The notes under the pieces were generated by a model. The model did no database searches and was not told where the DNA came from. It saw only the letters and a program-made list of their open reading frames with translations. Both the position numbers and the translations under genes were made by a program. A stretch of 64,000 bases of DNA from an uncultured delta proteobacterium (GTDB lineage Bacteria; Myxococcota_A; UBA9160; SZUA-336): positions 96,001 to 160,000 of the forward strand of contig CAVPHD010000001.1 of NCBI GenBank assembly GCA_963704165.1, written 5' to 3'. This document shows positions 26,701 to 35,593 of the stretch, one piece after another (the first letter of the stretch is position 1; each line of letters starts with the position of its first letter).

Positions 26701-29481
26701 GCGCCGCATCGACCGAATCGCGACGCGTCGGCCGGGGAGCTGCGACGCCAGGCGGGGCTCGCGCCCGAGTCGCCGAGCTACGTGATCGGCCGCGACGGTG
26801 TGGCTCGGATCGAGCTCGCGCCCACGACCCGTTCGGGGCGCGTCGGCCTTCGCTTCGCGTTGGCGGGACGCCAGCGCAAAGAGCTGCACCCCTGGCTCGA
26901 GGCGGAGGCTCGCGATTGGGTGCTCGTCGGGCTGACGGGCGGCACGCTTCTGCACAGCTCCGTCTCCGAACACACCGAGAGCCTCGTGCCGTCCGACGTC
27001 GAGGACGGCTACGACCTCGATCGCGGCACCACCGTCTTCGCGAAGGGCCGGATCAAGGGCTCGTGGCTGCTCACCGCCGCCTACGATTCGCAGCGGGAAT
27101 CGCGCGAGTCCTCGAGCGACCTCGATCGGGCCGCGCTCGAGGGGGGCCTCGATCCGAATCGCTATTACACGCTCTACGGTGACGCGACGACGCAGGGCTA
27201 CGAGGCCCCGAGCCAGCGCAAGCTCTACCTGAAGCTCGAACGCAAACAGTTCTACGCGCTCTTCGGTGACTTCCAGACCGGCCTCACCGTCACCGAGCTC
27301 TCGCGCTACAGCCGCGCGCTGAACGGATTCCACACCGAGTACGACGGCGACCACGTGTCCGTGAATGCCTTCGGCACCGACACGAGCCAGGCCTTCGTTC
27401 GCGACCAGATACGGGGTGACGGCACGTCGGGCCTGTACCGACTCTCGCGCTCCGGGATCGTGCTGAACAGCGAACGCGTCACGATCGAGATCCGGGATCG
27501 TTTCCACGGTGAGCAGGTGATCTCTACGGAGGGCCAGACGCGCTGGACCGACTACAACATCGACTACACCTCGGGAACGATCTTCTTCAAGCGTCCGATC
27601 CCGAGCACCGGCGAGGGCTTCAATCCCGTGTACATCGTCGTCGAGTACGAGTCCGACGACGACTCCGACCAGGAGCTGAACGGTGGCGGTCGCGCAGCCG
27701 TGAAGCTCCTGGACGACAACGTGGAGCTCGGGGCGTCGCTGATCCACGAAGGCACGGTGGGACAGACGTCGAGCCTGTACGGCAGCGACTTGCGGATCGA
27801 TCTCGACGGCGCGACGAGCCTGCGCGCCGAGTTCGCGCAGACGCGCTCCTCGCTGCTCGGCTCGAATGCCGACTCGAGCGGCGCGGCCTGGCTCGCCGAG
27901 CTGTGGCGACGCGACAAGGATCTCGACTCGCGAATGTACTGGCGTGAGCAGCGCCCGGGCTTCGGCCTCGGTCAGCAGAGCTCGAGCGAAACGAACATGC
28001 AGCAGCTCGGAATCGACGCACGCTACCGTTGGAGCGACACGCTCGCGCTCTCCGGCGAAGTGTTTCGCCAGGTCGATGTCGCCTCCGACGCGAGGCGCGA
28101 TCTCTTCGAGCTGCGCGCAGATCACCACGAAGGACCGTTCGGCGGTTACGGCGGCGTTCGCTTCGCGCACGACGTCTTCTCCGATGGAAGCAAGAGCTCG
28201 TCCCCACAGCTTCTCGGCGGCGGCAGCTACACGACCTACCAGAACCGGCTCAAGCTGCGCGCGGACTCGGAGATCACCGTCTCGGGCGACGAGAGCCTCG
28301 ACTTCCCGACGCGTTTCCTCGTCGGCGCCGATTTCCTGCTCCTGCCCGAGCTCACCGTCTTCGGCGAGGAGGAGCTCACGCTCGCGAGCGAACGGAGCAC
28401 GGCCTCGACGCGTGTCGGCCTTCGCACCAGCCCGTGGCGCGGCGGGCAGGCGACGGCCGCGATCGGCCAACGCAGTCAGCAGGACAGCGAGCGTCTCTTC
28501 GGAACGCTCGGACTGCTCCAGACCTATCAGCTGACCGACGCGCTCAGCTTCGACTTCGGGATCGACAACTCCGTGACGCTGAAGGGCGACGACCTGGCGC
28601 CGACGCAGGTCTCCCCGTTCGCGCCGGGACAGCCGGTCGCGAACGGCCTCTCGGGAAATCCGCAGGGAGACGACTTCACGTCGCTCTCCATCGGCACGAC
28701 GTACGCGCAGGACGTCTGGGCCGCGAACCTCCGCCTCGAGACGCGGTTCGGCCAGGTTCAAGACAAGTGGAGCATCACCGCCGGCGCCTATCGCGAGCTC
28801 GAGGCGGGAATCGGTGTCGCCGTCCGGGCGGAGTTCTTCGACTCCAGCGGCTCGAGCCCGTCGCTGACGACCGGACCCAGCTCGAGCACCGGACCGGTCT
28901 ACACCGCCGACGGCACGCTCCGTCCGAACACCGCATTCGACGGGATCGAATCGCTCGGCCGTCTGCAGCTGAGCGGCGTCTACCGACCGATCGGGAGCCG
29001 CTACACGCTGCTCGAGTCCCTCGAAATCCGCAGTGAGCGACTCGACTACGACGTCTTCCAGAGCCGCGCGACGCGGATCGTCAACAACATGAACCTGAAC
29101 GTGAAGCTCGACCGGAAGACCCAGGCCTCGCTGCAGTACGGCGCGAAGTACCTGTTCGAGCGTATCGACGGGTTGAACCTCGACGGCTACACCGACGTCA
29201 CCGGACTCGAGATCCGGCGCGATCTCTTCGGCAGCTGGGACATCGGCGGCCGCGTGGGAATGCGCCACTCCTGGACCGACGGCAACATCGAGGAGCTGTA
29301 CAGCGTCTCGCTCGGGTACGTGCTGATGAGGAACCTTTGGGTGAGCGCCGGCTACAACTGGGGTGGCTACAGCGATCGCGACTTCTCGGCGGGCAACTGG
29401 ACCACGCGCGGCCCGTTCGTCTCGTTCCGCTACAAGTTCGACCAGGAGACGGTCAAGGAGCTGCTCGACTGGGCGGAGTAG
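23779..29481 (+). CDS. Very large exported protein: Ig-like/DUF11/SdrD-B-like domains plus a predicted C-terminal outer-membrane beta-barrel (putative assembly platform)
   Basis: Signal peptide ending NARA (true start probably between 23845 and 23971). Two DUF11-like domains, GVRVYLEDGTYSVTDANGYYHF, and about 800 C-terminal residues of amphipathic beta-strands ending GPFVSFRYKFD. Confidence 0.85.
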   Translation: MVGPLPRRSRHVECPRAGSRAGVTGDLRPRAATENPPDRTRAVRKSCLNEPAGSGIPRFSRLCEVLALLLLAFALLPSNARAQTPVGTAIPNTGYATYDIGSTVGIVRPSNTLVITTAVVSSGSSLEFMRYAPGAPGSTSYGVTATACFSGGSFNPLPAPNAYGGGAINLASVELIPTPAYHPGEPIFVRLVDADQNRNSTLVESVLVALSAPGVADLEQLRLFETGVATGVFVGYVPSAAPPAPANDCVLAAPSGQTVLGNYVDAFDASDSDSDTAWIDPESRVFDSATGAPIDFAVVTLIDEITGLPATGILGDDGVSTFPATLTTGGSVTDGGGQIYNFGPGGYRFPVVPVGSYRLQVAPPSTYGFPSAVPDVVLQALPGAPFALVVGSRGEVFDVIAGPTFEIDLPLDAASSAGFISIRASRDVVSIGEHFQFDVRVENPGVADAPLGVEVTVVLPPGVRFTPQSVRIDDQIQPDPLISPDGRTLTWTLPATLAPVVTHIRFTVKVEPSVRAGLVRTTARAEALGGSITEDAVATVRVEEDLGANSAYVVGRVSAGHCDTDDFAGEAVPGVRVYLEDGTYSVTDANGYYHFAGLRSGAHVVQMDVQSLPGFYEPLPCANAEGHAFAGRPFSQFVDVQGGTLWRSDFRVQLRPRREGGISQRLESQLEGDTIRYQLALRGNGVAVRNARAVVMLPEGVEFVPGSARNAGAPIADPETKNGVVTFRLGELSSEEWSMDLALDAIVDGRAERELETSSVVMFETPVEKLAKTPAAKTRLHGESSSGSGLKLVETLGLRPGEEWQTKTAPEIDAAPPKPGVYNKIWLEKATPGLEWLSPEPGFAAAIASVNIAIKHAPGTTIELVQNGVAVPKFNFEGAFSNTGKTVSLSRWRGVDLVDGENSFVARELDASGNEIARLDRSLHYAGPPFRAVLVPELSRLVADGRTIPVIAVRFTDEDEKPAREGQVGTYEIDAPHRPNRDASAGELRRQAGLAPESPSYVIGRDGVARIELAPTTRSGRVGLRFALAGRQRKELHPWLEAEARDWVLVGLTGGTLLHSSVSEHTESLVPSDVEDGYDLDRGTTVFAKGRIKGSWLLTAAYDSQRESRESSSDLDRAALEGGLDPNRYYTLYGDATTQGYEAPSQRKLYLKLERKQFYALFGDFQTGLTVTELSRYSRALNGFHTEYDGDHVSVNAFGTDTSQAFVRDQIRGDGTSGLYRLSRSGIVLNSERVTIEIRDRFHGEQVISTEGQTRWTDYNIDYTSGTIFFKRPIPSTGEGFNPVYIVVEYESDDDSDQELNGGGRAAVKLLDDNVELGASLIHEGTVGQTSSLYGSDLRIDLDGATSLRAEFAQTRSSLLGSNADSSGAAWLAELWRRDKDLDSRMYWREQRPGFGLGQQSSSETNMQQLGIDARYRWSDTLALSGEVFRQVDVASDARRDLFELRADHHEGPFGGYGGVRFAHDVFSDGSKSSSPQLLGGGSYTTYQNRLKLRADSEITVSGDESLDFPTRFLVGADFLLLPELTVFGEEELTLASERSTASTRVGLRTSPWRGGQATAAIGQRSQQDSERLFGTLGLLQTYQLTDALSFDFGIDNSVTLKGDDLAPTQVSPFAPGQPVANGLSGNPQGDDFTSLSIGTTYAQDVWAANLRLETRFGQVQDKWSITAGAYRELEAGIGVAVRAEFFDSSGSSPSLTTGPSSSTGPVYTADGTLRPNTAFDGIESLGRLQLSGVYRPIGSRYTLLESLEIRSERLDYDVFQSRATRIVNNMNLNVKLDRKTQASLQYGAKYLFERIDGLNLDGYTDVTGLEIRRDLFGSWDIGGRVGMRHSWTDGNIEELYSVSLGYVLMRNLWVSAGYNWGGYSDRDFSAGNWTTRGPFVSFRYKFDQETVKELLDWAE

Positions 29482-29499
29482 CAGGGTGCGCCATCTCTC

Positions 29500-30207
29500 T
29501 CACGGGATCTTGAGGTTCGGGGCGTCACTCCGGATGTCGCGGACGGCTTCCATCAACATCTCTTTCAGCAGATCGGGGTACATGAAGTCGGACTTCATTA
29601 CGTAGATCCAACTGAGATTTCCGTCGGCTCGCCTGTAGTTCCTCTCCCAGAGCGTCGCATTGGTCGCCGAGTCGCGAAGGCTGAAGGTCACGTCGAGCTC
29701 GTTGTCCGCAGAGGTCGCGGGAAGACCGATGAACCACAGCAGGGGTCCATAGACCGAGAGTCCGTACGAGAAGATCTTCCCGCTGAAGTCGGTCGATCGG
29801 ATCGTCCCTTGAAGAACCAGTTCTCCGTCGGTCGCACGATGCGAGAAGAACACCTCCTTGAAGACGTTGGCGGAGTTCAGCTCCTCGGCCGCGGCCTTTG
29901 CGATGTCCTCGTTCGGGCGCCACATCCACAGGCCGCTGGTCATGTGCATCTGCGCGCCTTCGGGCGTCTTGTAGTCAGCCCATCCGAACGGCATCAACGG
30001 GATCGCGTACATCAACACCCGGTTCCGATTCTCGTTGACCCTCGTATCCATGAACGGAGGAACGGAGACCGACTTGTTCACGAGAACCGGACTGGTGGAG
30101 ATCGACTCGGCTCGATAGCTCCATGACTTCTGAGTGGCACAACCCAATGAGGTCACCAGCAGAATTCCGATCGTGACACGCGCACATGACTTGGCTGAAA
30201 ACAGCAT
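29500..30207 (-). CDS. Hypothetical lipoprotein
   Basis: GGAGG RBS, ATG at 30207 and lipobox SLGC; visibly more AT-rich than its neighbours. Confidence 0.75.
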   Translation of the reverse strand: MLFSAKSCARVTIGILLVTSLGCATQKSWSYRAESISTSPVLVNKSVSVPPFMDTRVNENRNRVLMYAIPLMPFGWADYKTPEGAQMHMTSGLWMWRPNEDIAKAAAEELNSANVFKEVFFSHRATDGELVLQGTIRSTDFSGKIFSYGLSVYGPLLWFIGLPATSADNELDVTFSLRDSATNATLWERNYRRADGNLSWIYVMKSDFMYPDLLKEMLMEAVRDIRSDAPNLKIP

Positions 30208-30248
30208 CCTCGGAACCTCCGACCAGAAGGTACTACAGACGCGAGACG

Positions 30249-32150
30249 CTATGCGAAAGAACTCGCGAACCCCGCACGGGCGAGCTCCGCGCGCAGCGCA
30301 CCGCCGGGCGTGAGCAGCCGGATCAGCGCGCGCACGGCCGGTCGTTGCAGGCGGCTCTTCGGCACGACGAAGTCGTAGTGCTCGCTGCGAAGCGGCCGAA
30401 ACCGGAGTCCGGACTCCCGCGCGATCGTCTCGATCGTCACGCCCCAGTCCGCGCGACCTTGCGCGATGGCCGCCGCAACCGCGTGATGCGAGCGAGGCTC
30501 GTACGCGTAACCGTCGGGGCGGCGAGAGCCGAGCAGGCCGTCGATCAGCACGCGTGTGCCACTGCCGCGGTTGCGGTTCACCATGCGCAGACTCGCATCG
30601 GCGACGAGCGCCTCGGTCGGACGCCGCTCGTCGTCGCGCGTGACCACGCCTTGCATGCGCAGGTAGCCCGGAACGAGCGCGAGCGTATCGTCGAGAAAGG
30701 GCGTGTTGTAGCAGTCGGACTTCGGATCGAGCAGGTGGGCGGGCGCGACGTCGCACTCGCCGCGCCGCGCCGCTTCGACCCCGCCGAGGGATCCGACCGC
30801 GAGCAGCTTCACCGTGAAGCCCTCCGCGAGCAGTGCGCGCGCGATCAGATCGAGCCCGGTGCAGTGGCTGCCGATCACGACCAGATCCGCCGGCGCGAGC
30901 GTGGGGCCGAGCAGCGTGACCTCGACCTCGGCGCCCGCTTCGACGATCTCGAGATTCCGCTCCAATCGCACGAAGCCATCGGCACGGCTCCAGGTCGTCA
31001 CGCTGCCGCTGCCCTTCCCCATCGGATACGCGCCGAGCCCGCCATCGGCTCCACGGACGAGACCGACGAGCAGATACTCGAGTCGTCCCCGTTCGGTGAG
31101 GGTGCGCAGCGCGAGATTCGCCTTCACGGTTTCGCGTTCGAGCTCCGGCGTGCCCGCGAGCCTGCGCAGAACCGGCGCGACGAACTCGTGAAACGTGAAG
31201 ACCGCCGAGGTGGGAAATCCGGGCAGGATCACGACGGGCTTTCCGCGCTGCGCCGCGAGGCAGATCGGTTTGCCGGGCTTCAGCGCGACGCCGTGGACGA
31301 GAATGCCGGGCTCGAGTCCCGCGACGACCCGGTAGGAGAGATCGCCTTCCCCCTTCGAGGTTCCTCCCGAAAGCACGACGGCGTCGCACTCCGCGAGTCC
31401 GCGGTCGAGCGCGCGCCGCAACGCCGCCTCCTCGTCGCGAAACGCGCCGAAGAAGACCGGCTCGCCGCCGAGCTCGCGGACGGCATCTGCGATCATGCGG
31501 CCGTTCGAATCGAAGACCAGTCCGGGCCGCATCGGCTCGCCCGGCGCGATGATCTCGTCGCCGGTGGAGATCACCGCGACGCGCGGCTTGCGCACCACGT
31601 CGATGCGGCAGATGCCGATCGCCGCGAGCACACCCGTCTCGCGCGAAGAGAGTCGCGTGCCTGCGAAGAGCACCGTTTCGCCGAGGCCGATGTCCGTTCC
31701 CGCGAACGCCACCGCAGCGCCGGGCACGCGTGCCGCGCGTACGACGACCATCCTCCCGCCATCCTCGATGTCGGTCAGCTCGACGGGCACGACGGCATCG
31801 GCGCCGCGCGGAAGCATGCCGCCGGTCGCGATCGAAGTCGCCGTTCCCGGATCGACGCTGAGTACGGGAGTCACGCCGGTCGGGATCGTCTCGTCGTTCA
31901 ATCGCAAGCGCACCGGTTCGAGCTCGCTCGCACCGAACGTGTCCTCGGCGCGGATCGCGAAGCCGTCCATGTTCGAACGGTCGAAGCTCGGCACGTCGAC
32001 GGGTGCGCGCACGTCCGCGGCGAGCACGCGGCCGAGCGCCGCGTCGAGCGCAACCTCCTCGGCAGCGAGTCGGTCGAGCGTGAGCGCCGCGTGCCAGCGC
32101 GTTTCGGCGACGTCGCGGTCGAGAACCTCGAGAAACTGCTCCTGCTTCAC
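30249..32150 (-). CDS. Molybdopterin biosynthesis MoeA fused to a periplasmic-binding (PBP/LysR-substrate) domain
   Basis: FDRSNMDGFA, STGDE, SGGTSKG and LPGFP, then GSHC, VGSLGG, VNRNRGSGTR and GRADWG. Confidence 0.92.
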   Translation of the reverse strand: MKQEQFLEVLDRDVAETRWHAALTLDRLAAEEVALDAALGRVLAADVRAPVDVPSFDRSNMDGFAIRAEDTFGASELEPVRLRLNDETIPTGVTPVLSVDPGTATSIATGGMLPRGADAVVPVELTDIEDGGRMVVVRAARVPGAAVAFAGTDIGLGETVLFAGTRLSSRETGVLAAIGICRIDVVRKPRVAVISTGDEIIAPGEPMRPGLVFDSNGRMIADAVRELGGEPVFFGAFRDEEAALRRALDRGLAECDAVVLSGGTSKGEGDLSYRVVAGLEPGILVHGVALKPGKPICLAAQRGKPVVILPGFPTSAVFTFHEFVAPVLRRLAGTPELERETVKANLALRTLTERGRLEYLLVGLVRGADGGLGAYPMGKGSGSVTTWSRADGFVRLERNLEIVEAGAEVEVTLLGPTLAPADLVVIGSHCTGLDLIARALLAEGFTVKLLAVGSLGGVEAARRGECDVAPAHLLDPKSDCYNTPFLDDTLALVPGYLRMQGVVTRDDERRPTEALVADASLRMVNRNRGSGTRVLIDGLLGSRRPDGYAYEPRSHHAVAAAIAQGRADWGVTIETIARESGLRFRPLRSEHYDFVVPKSRLQRPAVRALIRLLTPGGALRAELARAGFASSFA

Positions 32151-33403
32151 GACGTCCTCTCGTCGGCGCGCGATTCCTCGTCGTAGAGCAGCACCTCGAC
32201 CTCGGCGCCCTCGGGCATGCCCTCGAGACCGCGCGGCACGATCACGGCGCCGTCGGCGCGAACCGTCGAAGACAGGATCGAAGCGCCCGCCGTCGCGACC
32301 GGCACCACGCGCCCGCCGTCGAAGGCGACGCGCACGTAGTCGGTGCGGCCGACTTCGGAGCTGATCTTGCGCGCGAGCAAGGCCCGCACGCGCCGATGCG
32401 GCCAGACGCGGGACCGCCCCCCGAGCGCGCGGATCGTCGGCCCCGCGAAGAACTCGTACGCGCACAGACAGCTGACCGGGTTGCCTGGCAAGAGGAAGAC
32501 GAGCGCGTCGCCGATCCGGCCACCGCCCGCGGGGCTCGACGGCCGCATCGATACGCCGTGGAAGAGCAGCTCGCCGTGCGCGGCCAGGAGCCGCGGCGCG
32601 TGGTCTTCGGCGCCGACGCTCGAGCCGCCCGAGACCAGCACGACGTCGGCGTCTCCCGACGTGAGCACTTCGGAGATTCGCTCGGGCTGATCCGGGATCA
32701 GCTCGAACGGGAGCAGCGCGCCACCGTCGCGCGCGACCAGCGCGCGGAGCACGACGGAGTTCGAATCGACGATTCTGACGCCGTCCGGTGTAGATCCGGG
32801 AGCCAGAAGCTCGTCACCCGTGACGACGAGCCGCACGCGTGGCCTTCGCACGCAGAGAACCGATCCGGTGCCGATCGAGGCGAGCAGGCCCGCATCCTGC
32901 GGACGGATCCGGCGCCCCGCGTGCAGGACGACCTCGCCCGCGCGGATGTCTTCGCCGACGGCGCCGACGTGCTTGCGCGGAGCGACCGCTTCGTGGACTC
33001 GGACGAGCGCGCCGCGCTCCTCGCAGACCTCGGCCTTCGCCACCGCGTCCGCACCGTCGGGGATCGGCGCGCCGGTCATGATGCGCACCGCCTCGGCCGT
33101 ACCCACGCGTCCGCCGAACGCCCGGCCGGGATAGGCCTCGCCGACCAGCTTGAACTCGAGCGTCGCGTATTCGGATGCGCCGAACGTGTCTTCACCGCGA
33201 AGCGCGTAGCCGTCCATCGCCGAGCGCGCGAAGCCCGGCACGTTCACGCGCGATGCGACTTCCTGGGCGAGCACGCGTCCGGCGCACTCGAGCAGCGGCA
33301 CCGGTTCCTCGCCGAGGCTCGTGCAGGTGGACACGAGCAGGTGATCGACCTGCTCGACGTCCATCCGCTCCGCGAAGCCCCGCATCCGGACGTCGCGACT
33401 CAT
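32147..33403 (-). CDS. moeA: Molybdopterin metal insertase MoeA
   Basis: RSAMDGYA, IMTGAPIPDGADAV, TGDEL, SGGSSVG and LPGNPVS motifs. Confidence 0.92.
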   Translation of the reverse strand: MSRDVRMRGFAERMDVEQVDHLLVSTCTSLGEEPVPLLECAGRVLAQEVASRVNVPGFARSAMDGYALRGEDTFGASEYATLEFKLVGEAYPGRAFGGRVGTAEAVRIMTGAPIPDGADAVAKAEVCEERGALVRVHEAVAPRKHVGAVGEDIRAGEVVLHAGRRIRPQDAGLLASIGTGSVLCVRRPRVRLVVTGDELLAPGSTPDGVRIVDSNSVVLRALVARDGGALLPFELIPDQPERISEVLTSGDADVVLVSGGSSVGAEDHAPRLLAAHGELLFHGVSMRPSSPAGGGRIGDALVFLLPGNPVSCLCAYEFFAGPTIRALGGRSRVWPHRRVRALLARKISSEVGRTDYVRVAFDGGRVVPVATAGASILSSTVRADGAVIVPRGLEGMPEGAEVEVLLYDEESRADERTS

Positions 33404-33434
33404 CGCGGTACCCGGGCTGCAGCCGGATCGGTCG

Positions 33435-35156
33435 TCAGCCAGCCGCCTTGGTCGTGAAGAGATTCTCTCGCGCCGGCTTGCGTACCTTGGCGTCGGCGAT
33501 GACCGCGGCGGGAACGTCGAAGACGACCTTCGCCGGACCGATCGCGTCCTCCTTCATGCACGCCGGGAGCACGTCGTCGGCAGCCGTGAACCCGGCGCGG
33601 CGATTGAACTCCCACTCGTCCTCGAGAATCTGCCAGCCCTGATCGGCGATCTCCTCACGCGAAACGTCGCGCCCGACGAAGTGGCCGTAGTACCCACGGA
33701 TGTCGTCGAGCGTCGGCTGGATGAACTGGCAGAAGCCCGATGAATCGCAGACCGCGTTCACGAGCTGAACTTCCTGAGAGGCGACGGCGAACTGGTCGGG
33801 CGGAAGGCCCGGGTTCACGATCAGGCCCGCGGTGTGATCCGCGCCCTGGGCGCTCGTCGCGTACGTGACTCCGGTGGCCTTGAGTGGCCGCGGATCCCAA
33901 GCGGGAATCGCCTGGTTTCGAACCACCGGAACGCGGTGGTGCCCCGTGTGCTTGCCGGTCGCGGCGCAGCCGTTGCCGATCACCTTGCCGAGCTCGGTGC
34001 CCTTGCCGACGTCGGCGACGAGCTTCTTCATCGCGGCGGCGTCGCCCCAGTTCATCTTGCCCGCGTCCATCAGCACGCCGATCGCGGCGCCGGTCTCGAT
34101 CGTGTCGAGTCCGACCTCGTCGCAGAGGCGATCGAGATCCGCGACGTCTTCCCAGCTCGTGACCGCACAGTTCGCGCCGAGCAGCGTCAGCGTTTCGAAC
34201 TCGAGCGCGCTCGTCTTGTACTTGCCCTCGGCGTCGTGAACGATGTTCGAGCAGCGCACGATGCAGCCCGTGAGGCAGTTGTGCATGCCGCCGCCGCGCT
34301 TGTCGAAGCTCTCGACGATCCGAGCACCGTCGAGGTTCGCCGCGTCGGGCGACTGCCCGAAGACGCGGTTCTTGTACGGGAACGTCTGCAGCATGTTCGC
34401 GATCGGCACGATCGACGACGTGCCGGTCTTGAACATCTGCGGACCGTCGAGGTACGCCTTCGTGTACTTCTTCGCGAGCTCGTTGAAATCGGACTTGTTC
34501 TTGGGCTCGCGCACGCGCGCCTTGCCGCGCTCGATCGCGACGAACTTCAGGCGCTTCGAACCCATCACCGCGCCCACGCCGCCGCGCGCCGCCTGACGCG
34601 CGGGGTGTCGGCTGTCCTGGTCGGTGCACGCGACGGACGCGCCGGTCAGGAGCTGCTCGCCCGCGGGACCGATCGTGATGAACGAGGCGTTCTTCGTGTA
34701 CTTCTTCGCGAGCTCCTCGCAGGTCGCGTAGTTCCACTTCATCTTGAGGTGGTCGGCCGGAACGATTCGCACGCCCGCGTCGTCGCACTCGAGACCGTAG
34801 AGCGCCGCCTTGTCCTTCGGCTGTCCCTTCACGACGATCGCGCGGATCCCGAGCTTGGCGAGATCCTGTCCGGGATTTCCGCCCGAATTCGCTTCCTTGA
34901 TGCCACCGGTCAGCGGGCTCTTGCAGCCGACGCTGATCCGTCCGGAGGTCGGCGCGGACGTTCCAGAGAGCACGCCGGGCGCGAGCACGAGCAGGTTCTC
35001 GGGACCGAGCGCGTCGCACTTCGCGTTCTTCAGATCGCGCAGGAGGATCTTCGCCGTGAGCCCGCGGCCTCCGAGCAGCTCCCATTCCTTGGGCAGGTTC
35101 TCGCTCGACACTTTCATGCTGCCCATGTCGACGTGAACGATCTTGTCGCCTTCCAT
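33435..35156 (-). CDS. Aldehyde:ferredoxin oxidoreductase (tungsten AOR family)
   Basis: LGGRG, KSPLTGGIKEANSGG, GVGAVMGSK, CLTGCIVRC, EFET, CDEVGLDTIE and DSSGFC motifs. Confidence 0.93.
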   Translation of the reverse strand: MEGDKIVHVDMGSMKVSSENLPKEWELLGGRGLTAKILLRDLKNAKCDALGPENLLVLAPGVLSGTSAPTSGRISVGCKSPLTGGIKEANSGGNPGQDLAKLGIRAIVVKGQPKDKAALYGLECDDAGVRIVPADHLKMKWNYATCEELAKKYTKNASFITIGPAGEQLLTGASVACTDQDSRHPARQAARGGVGAVMGSKRLKFVAIERGKARVREPKNKSDFNELAKKYTKAYLDGPQMFKTGTSSIVPIANMLQTFPYKNRVFGQSPDAANLDGARIVESFDKRGGGMHNCLTGCIVRCSNIVHDAEGKYKTSALEFETLTLLGANCAVTSWEDVADLDRLCDEVGLDTIETGAAIGVLMDAGKMNWGDAAAMKKLVADVGKGTELGKVIGNGCAATGKHTGHHRVPVVRNQAIPAWDPRPLKATGVTYATSAQGADHTAGLIVNPGLPPDQFAVASQEVQLVNAVCDSSGFCQFIQPTLDDIRGYYGHFVGRDVSREEIADQGWQILEDEWEFNRRAGFTAADDVLPACMKEDAIGPAKVVFDVPAAVIADAKVRKPARENLFTTKAAG

Positions 35157-35205
35157 CGCGCAGTCCTCCTAGAAGTCCAGGCAGCTTACCACCGCGCTTG
35201 CGGGT

Positions 35206-35475
35206 TCAGCCACCGGCGATCGCGGCGACGATCTCGAGTTCGTCGCCGGCGCCGATCGTCCGGTCGAGCCGATCCGCGCCCATCGGCTCTCCGTTCACGA
35301 AGAGCTTCGCGAACTTGTGCAGCTTGCCCTGCGCGTCGAGCACCAGCGGCCCGAAGCCCGGGTACTTCCGCTCGACGGCCTCGATCGCGCCGCGCACCGT
35401 CTCGCACTCGACCACGAGCTCGGCTTCGCCCTGCGTCGGGCCTCGGTAGGGCGCTGGGATCAGGACTCTTGGCAT
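35206..35475 (-). CDS. MoaD/ThiS family sulfur carrier protein
   Basis: 89-aa ubiquitin-like fold, FVNG motif and C-terminal IAGG. Confidence 0.92.
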   Translation of the reverse strand: MPRVLIPAPYRGPTQGEAELVVECETVRGAIEAVERKYPGFGPLVLDAQGKLHKFAKLFVNGEPMGADRLDRTIGAGDELEIVAAIAGG

Positions 35476-35593
35476 CGGGGACTCCCCACGATCTGCGACG
35501 TGAGCTGTCAGTCTAGCAAGGCGGCCTGTAGCGGAGTTGGCCGCGCAGAATCGCGCTCGAACTTCCTATCCTCTGGGTGGATCGAGGGAGTGA

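Noticed and set aside
26290..29268. 992-aa antisense ORF (and similar long ORFs such as 43146-46478, 23833-26121, 30186-32186 and 39315-41051)
   Set aside because: These are shadow ORFs overlapping well-supported genes. They are Arg/Ala/Gly-rich, have no motifs, and are expected in high-GC DNA.
29500..31389. 629-aa ORF suggesting a large protein
   Set aside because: Only the last 235 aa (from ATG 30207, with RBS and lipobox) look real. The rest overlaps the MoeA-PBP gene out of frame.
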